This document shows positions 56,656 to 64,000 of a stretch of 64,000 nt of DNA, in pieces. Origin of the DNA: a virus (taxonomy: Duplodnaviria > Caudoviricetes); IMG/VR virus record IMGVR_UViG_3300031519_000013, positions 20,032 through 84,031 of that record. One strand, given 5' to 3'. Below the pieces are notes generated by a model that was not told where the DNA came from, searched no databases, and was given only the letters and a program-made list of their open reading frames with translations. The translations under genes were made by a program, and so were the position numbers. Positions within the stretch are counted from its first letter, which is position 1, and each line of letters begins with the position of its first letter.

Positions 56656-57064
56656 TAATGTAAAGTCTGCACAATCGATTGCAGTGATTGGTAATGGTGG
56701 CAATCTTGCCATTGCGAAACATGCTGCCAGTGATATGTCACGTCATCTCAATAAGTTTTGTTTTGCACCTGAATGTATTCATATGACTGCACTTGGTGGT
56801 GATGATGGATGGCATAAAAAATGGATTGATATGTATGGTTCAAATGCAGATCTTCTGATTGGTGTTACAACTAGGTTAGATTCTCCTATTGCAAAAGCAT
56901 TAGAGTATAAACATGCTTTTATATTTGCACCAAAGAAGCACCCAAGAATTCCAACAATTGTTATTAATAAAGAAACGTTTCATGAGTTTGAAGTAGAAAC
57001 TTTGTGGAACTTTTATATGTTGATGGAAAAGTGTGGAGCAGTGTTGCCATCTATAAATAACTAG
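56633..57064 (+). CDS. SIS-domain sugar-phosphate isomerase (GmhA-like)
   Basis: AVIGNGGNLAIAKHAASD resembles GmhA GNGGS..A.H. Confidence 0.65.
   Translation: MISSTIIDNVKSAQSIAVIGNGGNLAIAKHAASDMSRHLNKFCFAPECIHMTALGGDDGWHKKWIDMYGSNADLLIGVTTRLDSPIAKALEYKHAFIFAPKKHPRIPTIVINKETFHEFEVETLWNFYMLMEKCGAVLPSINN
57052..57059 (+). promoter_or_regulatory. T4-type late promoter
   Basis: Exact TATAAATA before fibre gene. Confidence 0.8.
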
Positions 57065-57080
57065 AAACTAATTGTGTGCG

Positions 57081-58442
57081 ATGTCAAGAGCAAGAGAATT
57101 AGCAAAACTTGGCAATACTGATGCTATTGGCATTGATGGTGTTGACCTGAGAGCAGGATCTATTACCAAAGGTACAACATTAGATGTTGCTAGTAATGTA
57201 AATTGTGTTGGTGTTATTAGTGCTCTCAACTTTATCGGTAACGCTTCCGGTCTTACCGGTTTAGGCGCTGTTGGTTCTGGTGTAACTGTGCTGAGAGCAG
57301 GTAACTCTCTCGGTGCTATCACTAAATTAAACTTTGATAATACGTTTAATGTAACTGACCCAGCGGCAGGTTTATCTACTATCACATCTGGTGTGACTAC
57401 TGCTGATCCAAGATCATCATCTTTGGTGGTTATTGGTGTGACTACGCTAGCTAATACGAATGCTGGTATACTAACTGCAAATCAATTCAGTGGTCCATTA
57501 ACAGGTGTTGCTGTCACATTAACCGGCACAATGAGTGCTGTCACCGCAAGTGTGACCGGACAAAGTACATTATCAAACCTGAATGTTTCTAGCGGTATTG
57601 CTACTGTTGCTGGACAAACTACGCTGTCCAATCTTAACGTAGCCTCTGGTATTGCATCGGTTGCAGGTCAAACAAACCTGACACATCTGAATGTCTCTGG
57701 TGTTACTACTTCCACAGAAATCAATGCTTCTGATAGTATCGAAGTTGTTGGTTTTGTTACTGCTACAAATGGTGGTATTAGTGTGACTGGTGTTGTCACT
57801 GCCACGTCTTTTGTTGGTACTCTTACTGGAATCGCAACAGGTTCTACACAAGCAGCAAATTCTTTCGGATTCTTAGGATCTCCTAGCATTGTTGTCACTG
57901 GATTAAATGCAACTGGTGTTGCAACTGTTGGTAACACGTTAGATGTGAACGCTAGTGCTGATATCAGCGGAAACTTAGAAGTAGGAAGTCTATACGCTGG
58001 TATTACTACTGTTGGTGAGATGACCGCCACAGAAATTGAGGTCTCTGGTATTATAACTGCTACGGCGCATGTTGATGCTGGAATCACCACATATTACGGT
58101 GATAATTCATATTCTGCATCGATGCGTTGGGTATTAGCAGCATCAGGAACTGATCATTATGTGTTCACCGGTCCTGGTTTTGGTCATTCAACAGCTAATG
58201 ATCCTACATTATATCTCAAACGTGGACAAACTTACATGTTTGAGAATAAGATGGGAGCACACCCATTCCGTATTCAAAGCACAACAAATGGTTCTACTGG
58301 TACACAATGGAACGTTGGAGTGACTAATAATGATGTATCAAATGGAGTGTTAATCTTCGAAGTTCCATTTGTAACTCCTAGTACATTATATTATCAATGT
58401 ACTGTTCACGCTGCAATGGGTGGAGTAATTAATATCACTTGA
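57081..58442 (+). CDS. Tail fibre protein
   Basis: MSRARELAKLG, GQTTLSNLNV repeats, C-terminal DPTLYLKRGQTY.F...HPF...LYYQCTVH..MGG. Confidence 0.85.
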   Translation: MSRARELAKLGNTDAIGIDGVDLRAGSITKGTTLDVASNVNCVGVISALNFIGNASGLTGLGAVGSGVTVLRAGNSLGAITKLNFDNTFNVTDPAAGLSTITSGVTTADPRSSSLVVIGVTTLANTNAGILTANQFSGPLTGVAVTLTGTMSAVTASVTGQSTLSNLNVSSGIATVAGQTTLSNLNVASGIASVAGQTNLTHLNVSGVTTSTEINASDSIEVVGFVTATNGGISVTGVVTATSFVGTLTGIATGSTQAANSFGFLGSPSIVVTGLNATGVATVGNTLDVNASADISGNLEVGSLYAGITTVGEMTATEIEVSGIITATAHVDAGITTYYGDNSYSASMRWVLAASGTDHYVFTGPGFGHSTANDPTLYLKRGQTYMFENKMGAHPFRIQSTTNGSTGTQWNVGVTNNDVSNGVLIFEVPFVTPSTLYYQCTVHAAMGGVINIT

Positions 58443-58525
58443 TGTGACAATCAAATAACTGTACCAGACCCCGCTCAGATCGCCTGTGTGGGGTCTTATA
58501 CTGTGCGAAGTATATAATCACCTCT

Positions 58526-58621
58526 TTGACTGTAAATCAAAAACTACTGTTCATTCTGTCGTTCATGGCATTAATGAACTGGGGAACACGTTTAACTTAC
58601 ATCCTCTTGACAAAATTCTAA
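58526..58621 (+). CDS. Possible 31-aa hydrophobic peptide (TTG start)
   Basis: MTVNQKLLFILSFMALMNWGTRLTYILLTKF* downstream of TATACT 58497. Confidence 0.35.
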   Translation: MTVNQKLLFILSFMALMNWGTRLTYILLTKF

Positions 58622-58635
58622 TTTATGTGTAGACT
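58607..58635 (+). promoter_or_regulatory. Sigma70-type promoter
   Basis: TTGACA 58607-58612, 17 bp, TAGACT 58630-58635. Confidence 0.7.
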
Positions 58636-58662
58636 CTGTTTGTTGAGGGTGATGAGAATCCT

Positions 58663-58857
58663 ATGAGTAAATATGATTTTGGAGGGCTAGAACGTCACCC
58701 TGCTAACATCCTAAGACTCATCAGTGAGTTGGAAGGATCTTCTCAACTCCTCAAATACATGGGATTCCAAGAAGACATGGACACCATCAATAGTATGAAA
58801 AAAACATATTATAAACTATACTTCAAAACTAACAAAGAATACAATGAAAAAACTTGA
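58663..58857 (+). CDS. Small hypothetical protein
   Basis: 64-aa ORF after promoter. Confidence 0.75.
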   Translation: MSKYDFGGLERHPANILRLISELEGSSQLLKYMGFQEDMDTINSMKKTYYKLYFKTNKEYNEKT

Positions 58858-59011
58858 TCAAGAAACATCATTGATGATCGCAGATATGCAATTGGATAAC
58901 ATTGCAACTATTTTGAATGGTGATGTTAAACGCTACACTGGATGCAATAAGACACATCAATGGAGAAAGATTGAAATTGTATATGATTACTGTGAAAAAA
59001 AGGATACATAA
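58844..59011 (+). CDS. Small hypothetical protein (not in ORF track)
   Basis: Manual translation MKKLDQETSLMIADMQLDNIATIL...KIEIVYDY*. Confidence 0.6.
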   Translation: MKKLDQETSLMIADMQLDNIATILNGDVKRYTGCNKTHQWRKIEIVYDYCEKKDT

Positions 59012-59033
59012 CTATGAACAAAGGACTAATCTC

Positions 59034-59198
59034 ATGAATCCTGATGACATTACCTTAGATAAACCATCTAAGAGTTTTGAATACGAGAAGATCTCACGTG
59101 ACATTGAAAAGATTGAAGATATTGCACTTGTAAAGAATATGGCACGATGTTGGGTTAAACTATACTTAAAACAACAAGAAACGCTATCATCTATGTAA
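59034..59198 (+). CDS. NblA-like small helical protein (candidate)
   Basis: 54 aa; helix-loop-helix periodicity F...I..I..(D)...K.M....KL resembling NblA. Confidence 0.4.
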   Translation: MNPDDITLDKPSKSFEYEKISRDIEKIEDIALVKNMARCWVKLYLKQQETLSSM

Positions 59199-59228
59199 TA
59201 GATATGTGACAGTTGATGAACTGGTCGG

Positions 59229-59263
59229 GCACTCTTGACAGAGTGCTTTTTTTATGTCATACT
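59229..59263 (+). promoter_or_regulatory. Terminator hairpin with overlapping promoter
   Basis: GCACTCT-tgac-AGAGTGC then T7; TTGACA 59235-59240, 17 bp, TGn-CATACT 59258-59263. Confidence 0.75.
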
Positions 59264-59284
59264 ATATTCATATCAGAGATTTCC

Positions 59285-60487
59285 ATGCAATTGCGTCCTC
59301 ATCAGCAACGGATTGTCGATCGTATGGTTGCTTATGACAAGGGTCAGGTGATTGTCCCCACTGGCGGTGGTAAGACAATGTGCATGATCACAGACACCAA
59401 GAATCGTCTGGATAGTATCAACAACGGCACCACCACAGTTGTTGTTGCTCCTCGTATTCTTCTTGCTGAACAACTTTGCAGCGAGTTTATGGAGGTCATT
59501 GATCCTAACAACAGTGACCCATATCTGCATGTGATGCACGTTCACAGTGGTGAAACACGTTATGCTAACACCACTAAGGCAGATAAAATTCACCTGTATG
59601 CAGGTTGTGCTCGTAGTATGGGTGAGAACGTTATCATCTTCACCACATACAATTCTCTCCATCGTATCATGGAGGCAGATATTGAGGTGAATACAATATA
59701 CTTTGACGAGGCACACAACAGCGTTAAGCGTAACTTCTTTCCTCCTACTGAGTTTTTCTCTTATGAGGCAGATCGTTGTTACTTCTTCACAGCTACGCGC
59801 AAGACTTCGATCACTATTAATAAACCAGGCATGAATGATGAGGCAGTCTATGGTCAAATCATTGCCCGTGTTTCTGCTCCTGAGTTAGTCGAAGGTGGAT
59901 ACATCATCCCTCCTCGTATTCAAGCAAAGATGTTTGATATTCACAAGAACTCACGGATGATTTCATGTGAGACTGATTCAGAGAACGTGATGGATACAAT
60001 TGATGAGACTGACACCAAGAAGATTCTAGTATGTGTTAAGACTTCACGTCAACTCATCAACTTGATGGCACACACTGACTTTGCCAAAGATCTTGCTACT
60101 CGTGGTTATTCGTGCCTCTATATCACATCGAAGACGGGTGCAGTTGTTGATGGTAAGAAAGTCAATCGTGAGGTATTCTTCGAGACGTTGAATGCTTGGG
60201 GTCGCGATCCTGAGAAAAAGTTTGTTGTTCTGCATCGTTCCATTCTCTCTGAGGGTATCAACGTCAGCGAACTGGAAACTGTCATCTTCCTTCGTAACAT
60301 GGATGTGATTGAGATGACACAGACTATCGGTCGTGTATTGCGTACAGGCAACGAATCTAAGACGTTTGGTTTATGTGTCGTGCCTGTATATTCTCAGGTT
60401 GGTGTAGCTACCGAGCGAGCATTGCAGTCGGTTGTTGATACCGTCTTCGAGAAAGGTGAGATGCTTGACAGTGTGGTGAGACGTTAA
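59285..60487 (+). CDS. Superfamily 2 DNA helicase (Res-like)
   Basis: PTGGGKT, FDEAH, TAT, LSEGIN, QTIGRVLR. Confidence 0.92.
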   Translation: MQLRPHQQRIVDRMVAYDKGQVIVPTGGGKTMCMITDTKNRLDSINNGTTTVVVAPRILLAEQLCSEFMEVIDPNNSDPYLHVMHVHSGETRYANTTKADKIHLYAGCARSMGENVIIFTTYNSLHRIMEADIEVNTIYFDEAHNSVKRNFFPPTEFFSYEADRCYFFTATRKTSITINKPGMNDEAVYGQIIARVSAPELVEGGYIIPPRIQAKMFDIHKNSRMISCETDSENVMDTIDETDTKKILVCVKTSRQLINLMAHTDFAKDLATRGYSCLYITSKTGAVVDGKKVNREVFFETLNAWGRDPEKKFVVLHRSILSEGINVSELETVIFLRNMDVIEMTQTIGRVLRTGNESKTFGLCVVPVYSQVGVATERALQSVVDTVFEKGEMLDSVVRR

Positions 60488-60489
60488 TC

Positions 60490-60702
60490 ATGTCAGGTTA
60501 TCACTCTGTTCTTCGTATCAAAGAAAAATCATTTTCTTGTGGTTTTGGTAAAGATAAATCAAGAGGCAATACTGTGGTGGCACAGAAAAAAATGGAATTG
60601 CATATCACATGGCAAGATTCTATGAAACCACAATTTATTCCTTATATTGATGAACATGGATTTCAAGGAATGAAAGTTATTATTGAACATCAAGGCAAAT
60701 GA
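60490..60702 (+). CDS. Hypothetical protein
   Basis: 70-aa ORF. Confidence 0.55.
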   Translation: MSGYHSVLRIKEKSFSCGFGKDKSRGNTVVAQKKMELHITWQDSMKPQFIPYIDEHGFQGMKVIIEHQGK

Positions 60703-60785
60703 TTGTGCCAGTCCGCAAACCGGAGCCCATACCTATGCAACAGGGTGAGGGTGCTGCTATGATAGTATCAACAAACAAAACACCA

Positions 60786-61376
60786 ATGCCATTTCTCTCC
60801 GAGTTCCTGACTACTTCATTTCAGAATGTTCGTAGCAGTAAGCGCACAGATGAACTGCACAAAGCACTGCTAAATGAGATTCTCAACGCTAATCCTGAGA
60901 TGGCAGAGTATCGTTGGGAGTTTGAATATCAACTGAAAGAAGATTCTTTCGGCGGCACGTTTGATATTGACATCGTAGGATTTGATGCTAATGATAACAT
61001 GAAGGTGGCAATTCTTGCCAAGGCTATCAATAGCAACGTGAACAAAAATATCAAGAACTATGCAAATACCACGATTGGTGAAGCAGCACGACTCTATTAT
61101 GCTCCTGGTTGTAACACCATCGAGAAGATTCTCTTCGTGAGTGTATTGCCACGTATTGCACCACGATTTAACACTGCTGGCGATGTTGTTGGGTTTGATA
61201 ATGTGATTGGTGCCAAGAATCGTACCAAATTGGATGATGTTCTCTCTCGTCAATACAATGGCACCGTTGAAACAATGGATCTATACTTTGACATTGAGAA
61301 TGTGACTGAGCAGAAGAATAAGGCAGACTATAATACAATTAATCCAATCAACCTCACCCCTATGCCAGTTGTGTGA
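60786..61376 (+). CDS. PD-(D/E)XK-like nuclease-fold protein (candidate)
   Basis: EFE...FDIDIVG...AILAK; promoter TGn-TATGAT 60758-60763 favours this start. Confidence 0.45.
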   Translation: MPFLSEFLTTSFQNVRSSKRTDELHKALLNEILNANPEMAEYRWEFEYQLKEDSFGGTFDIDIVGFDANDNMKVAILAKAINSNVNKNIKNYANTTIGEAARLYYAPGCNTIEKILFVSVLPRIAPRFNTAGDVVGFDNVIGAKNRTKLDDVLSRQYNGTVETMDLYFDIENVTEQKNKADYNTINPINLTPMPVV

Positions 61377-61392
61377 AGTGTCACAAGGGCCC

Positions 61393-61421
61393 TTGCAATT
61401 CACCCCATTCCATGCCATACT
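61393..61421 (+). promoter_or_regulatory. Sigma70-type promoter
   Basis: TTGCAA 61393-61398, 17 bp, TGn-CATACT 61416-61421. Confidence 0.7.
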
Positions 61422-61427
61422 AACAGT

Positions 61428-62339
61428 ATGAAAAACACACACCTCCAACATCCAGAAGATTCTGTTCTGACAGGTGATCTCTCTGTTCTTGATTGGTTCT
61501 CAGCAGAATCACATCTATCAGTTAAGATTGACGGTGCTCCTGCTATTGTTTGGGGCACTAATCCTGCTAATGGTAAATTCTTTGTTGGCACAAAGTCTGT
61601 GTTCAACAAAGTCAAGATCATGATCAATCACTCACATGATGAGATCGAACAGAATCATTCTGGTGAGGTAGCAATCATTCTCCATGCTTGTTTTGCTAAT
61701 CTTCCACGAACGAATCGCATTCTTCAAGGTGATTTTATTGGCATTGGAGGTGATGACACATATACCCCTAACACGATCACATATGTTTTTGACGAGATAA
61801 TCGATCAGACTATTATTATTGCACCGCATACAATCTACACAGCAGACAAAGATCTGCGTGATGCTGTTGCCCATCCTCTGCAATATCAATATTTCCCATA
61901 CAAAGACAGCGATCAAGTCAAATGGGTCCATCCTAAGTGTTGGTCACTCGATCGCACCGAATTCAGTCAGAAGATAGATTTTGCTCGTCAAATGTCTACA
62001 ACGTGTGAATTTTTGGACTCTAAGGAATCTGCATCACTTCAAAAACAATTCAATGGTATCATCCGGTCAGGTCTTAATATCGATGATATTACACTTGAAG
62101 CACTTGCATATGCCAATGAAGTTGATGTAAATACTCTGCGTTTGTGGCAGTTAGTTGCATCAATCAAGATGGATATGTTGATGTTATTCCGCAACAATGG
62201 TCCAAAAGCATATGTTGACGGTCGCCAATGTCGTGGTGAAGGATATGTTATGACCAATCAGTTTGGTGTGTTTAAACTCGTTGATCGCTTCCAATTCTCT
62301 CGTGCAAACTTCAACAATGGGAGATTCTCAAATGTCTGA
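61428..62339 (+). CDS. Conserved T4-like protein with ligase-like KxDG motif
   Basis: KNTHLQHPED, SVKIDGAPAIVWG, FFVGTKSVFNK, EGYV, KLVDR..FS..NF. Confidence 0.7.
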   Translation: MKNTHLQHPEDSVLTGDLSVLDWFSAESHLSVKIDGAPAIVWGTNPANGKFFVGTKSVFNKVKIMINHSHDEIEQNHSGEVAIILHACFANLPRTNRILQGDFIGIGGDDTYTPNTITYVFDEIIDQTIIIAPHTIYTADKDLRDAVAHPLQYQYFPYKDSDQVKWVHPKCWSLDRTEFSQKIDFARQMSTTCEFLDSKESASLQKQFNGIIRSGLNIDDITLEALAYANEVDVNTLRLWQLVASIKMDMLMLFRNNGPKAYVDGRQCRGEGYVMTNQFGVFKLVDRFQFSRANFNNGRFSNV

Positions 62340-62556
62340 CTATGAATTTATGGAGAAGCAGAGTAAGTTCCCAATCAATCATGTTGTCCTAGAAGACAGG
62401 AAAGAAGTATGGATTAAGGGTGGTTATCCTAGTTGTCTAGGCACATCCCAACTTATGAAACAATTCTATCCTGGATATACACCAAAACTTGCTAAGGAAT
62501 CATTCATTGAAGAACTCAAAGTAAATCCAGAAGCACGAAACAAATTAGACAATTAA
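62332..62556 (+). CDS. Hypothetical protein
   Basis: FPINHVV...VWIKGGY. Confidence 0.65.
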   Translation: MSDYEFMEKQSKFPINHVVLEDRKEVWIKGGYPSCLGTSQLMKQFYPGYTPKLAKESFIEELKVNPEARNKLDN

Positions 62557-62558
62557 TT

Positions 62559-62906
62559 ATGACAAATATTATTGAACTTGATAAGGGTGAATTTTTCACT
62601 ATTGAAGCATTTGAGTTTGAGTTAGAAGATGGGTGCATTTATGAACAAGAACGTGACGAAGAGTTAGACACTTATTGGTATGACAATCCAATTTTTAAGG
62701 GTCAACAACTGGACGAATATGTGAAGACATTGTGTATCGATTGTCTTGGCGATTCTCTCCGTATTGTTGATATTAGCGCAAGACGATATGCCACCATTGT
62801 TGATGGTTTCCCTGATGACTATGGTGATAGTTGTTACCCTGAACGTTACGTCTGGACTGGTAAAGAGTTAGTCACAGAGTGTCAATATATTGAGAACCAA
62901 TCATGA
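62559..62906 (+). CDS. Acidic hypothetical protein
   Basis: 115-aa D/E-rich ORF. Confidence 0.7.
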   Translation: MTNIIELDKGEFFTIEAFEFELEDGCIYEQERDEELDTYWYDNPIFKGQQLDEYVKTLCIDCLGDSLRIVDISARRYATIVDGFPDDYGDSCYPERYVWTGKELVTECQYIENQS

Positions 62907-63292
62907 CACACGAATATGATTTAACAGAACAATCTGACCTTGACATGTTAGATGAGGTTGATGGTGAGTATTACAACTGGGACCAGAATCACTCTGGTTA
63001 TTTGTGGTTGACTGATGAATGTGTGGATAAGTATGGATTAGAGAGGGGCATGGATGTTGAACCTATTGACTGGGAAGGTCTTTATGAAAATGATGATTAC
63101 TATGAGGAATATAAAGAGAGAGGATTGAAGTGGGATCTTTATATTCAGCAGTATGCCTCAGTGCATGATAAGGACGGAAAGTATCTCCGTGATTGTACCT
63201 ATGAAGACTGGGAAGTATGTAAGGCAAATGGTATCAAAGAAGAAATGTTATCAGATCCAGGTTGTGAGGTTATGGGATGGTGTGATGGTTAA
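62903..63292 (+). CDS. Acidic hypothetical protein
   Basis: 129-aa D/E/W-rich ORF, ATGA overlap. Confidence 0.7.
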   Translation: MTHEYDLTEQSDLDMLDEVDGEYYNWDQNHSGYLWLTDECVDKYGLERGMDVEPIDWEGLYENDDYYEEYKERGLKWDLYIQQYASVHDKDGKYLRDCTYEDWEVCKANGIKEEMLSDPGCEVMGWCDG

Positions 63293-63494
63293 ATGTTAAT
63301 TAGTGTTTTTTCCATATCGGGAGCTGCGGGGATGACCAATCACACCTGACAGACAAAAATATGGAAAAATCAGTTTATATTATCCCGAGATCCCTTGCCA
63401 CCGCTGGTGGACAGTTGGTCAAAGTGGCACAAGGTTTCGGCACAGGGTCCAAAATCGTGTATTATTAAAGAGTCAAAGAAACGGATTCAACCCA

Positions 63495-63749
63495 ATGCAA
63501 CTCACAGCAAACGGCGCTCACATGGTTGTTGACTTCTATCCCGTCAAGTATGCTGATGGAAGTATCAGTGAGCGTCTGATGTATAAGACTGTCACATTCT
63601 GCGACAAAATGCAGTCTAAGTCTTATATCAACAAAGAATCATTTGAGAAAGAGGTTGATAGTCGTGTTGAGGGTTACAAGTATGAAGTGACTGATATGCA
63701 CACAGAACCACAACTCTTCAATTCCGCACTGATTCAAACTCGTTGGTGA
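63495..63749 (+). CDS. Hypothetical early protein
   Basis: 84-aa ORF after TATTAT -10 (63460-63465) and palindrome. Confidence 0.75.
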   Translation: MQLTANGAHMVVDFYPVKYADGSISERLMYKTVTFCDKMQSKSYINKESFEKEVDSRVEGYKYEVTDMHTEPQLFNSALIQTRW

Positions 63750-63804
63750 TTGAAGCGATTAACTCACACTAATCGCTTCACATTCTTTACTAAATCTTTT
63801 CATC

Positions 63805-63984
63805 ATGCCAACTGACTTCCCAATCTACAAGAAACAACTTCCACAAGTATGGTTGGAAGATGGTAAGTTCGTGATCGAATCAGACTCATTTCGATATGTG
63901 ATTAAGGATGATTTGAAACTGCTGTTTAAGTTATGCAGACGTTTTAAGACTGATGCAATCAAGCAAACATATGTCACTAATTAA
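63805..63984 (+). CDS. Small hypothetical protein (not in ORF track)
   Basis: Manual translation MPTDFPIYKKQLPQVWLEDGKFVIESDSFRYVI...*. Confidence 0.6.
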   Translation: MPTDFPIYKKQLPQVWLEDGKFVIESDSFRYVIKDDLKLLFKLCRRFKTDAIKQTYVTN

Positions 63985-64000
63985 ACAATATCTCTACAAT

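Noticed and set aside
29094-58442. Diversity-generating retroelement acting on fibre tips
   Set aside because: No reverse transcriptase and no template/variable repeat pair differing at adenines seen in this window
59273-59857. 194-aa antisense ORF in the helicase
   Set aside because: Shadow frame of a gene with all SF2 motifs
60699-60785. Upstream start of the 225-aa ORF
   Set aside because: This stretch holds the palindrome and extended -10 promoter, so it is more likely non-coding

Overview
A 64-kb segment of a T4-like marine cyanomyovirus genome; a Synechococcus-type host is inferred from psbA plus psbD and the D1 C-terminal extension. In order it holds: (1) the 3' part of psbA, psbD, a RimK-like ATP-grasp ligase, glutaredoxin and small conserved genes; (2) a sigma70-driven locus where a class I glutamine-riboswitch-like aptamer appears split in two, enclosing a complete 53-aa ORF, upstream of a DUF4278/IF17-like gene; (3) thyX, phoH, an exonuclease, gp33, gp59 and gp32; (4) the baseplate module (gp53, gp48, gp4, gp54-like, gp26/gp51 with a candidate -1 frameshift, two tape-measure-like proteins with wall-degrading domains, cp12, gp5); (5) a short-arm tRNA-Leu(UAA); (6) a 1990-aa virion protein and a ~29-kb tail-fibre/glycine-rich adhesin region interleaved with 2OG-Fe(II) oxygenases, a radical SAM enzyme, two glycosyltransferase-like paralogs and a KdsB/HAD/SIS sugar cassette; (7) an early-type region with an NblA-like candidate, an SF2 helicase, nuclease-like and ligase-like ORFs, and promoters preceded by a fixed-position palindrome. 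All assignments come from motif recognition by eye; no database searches were run.
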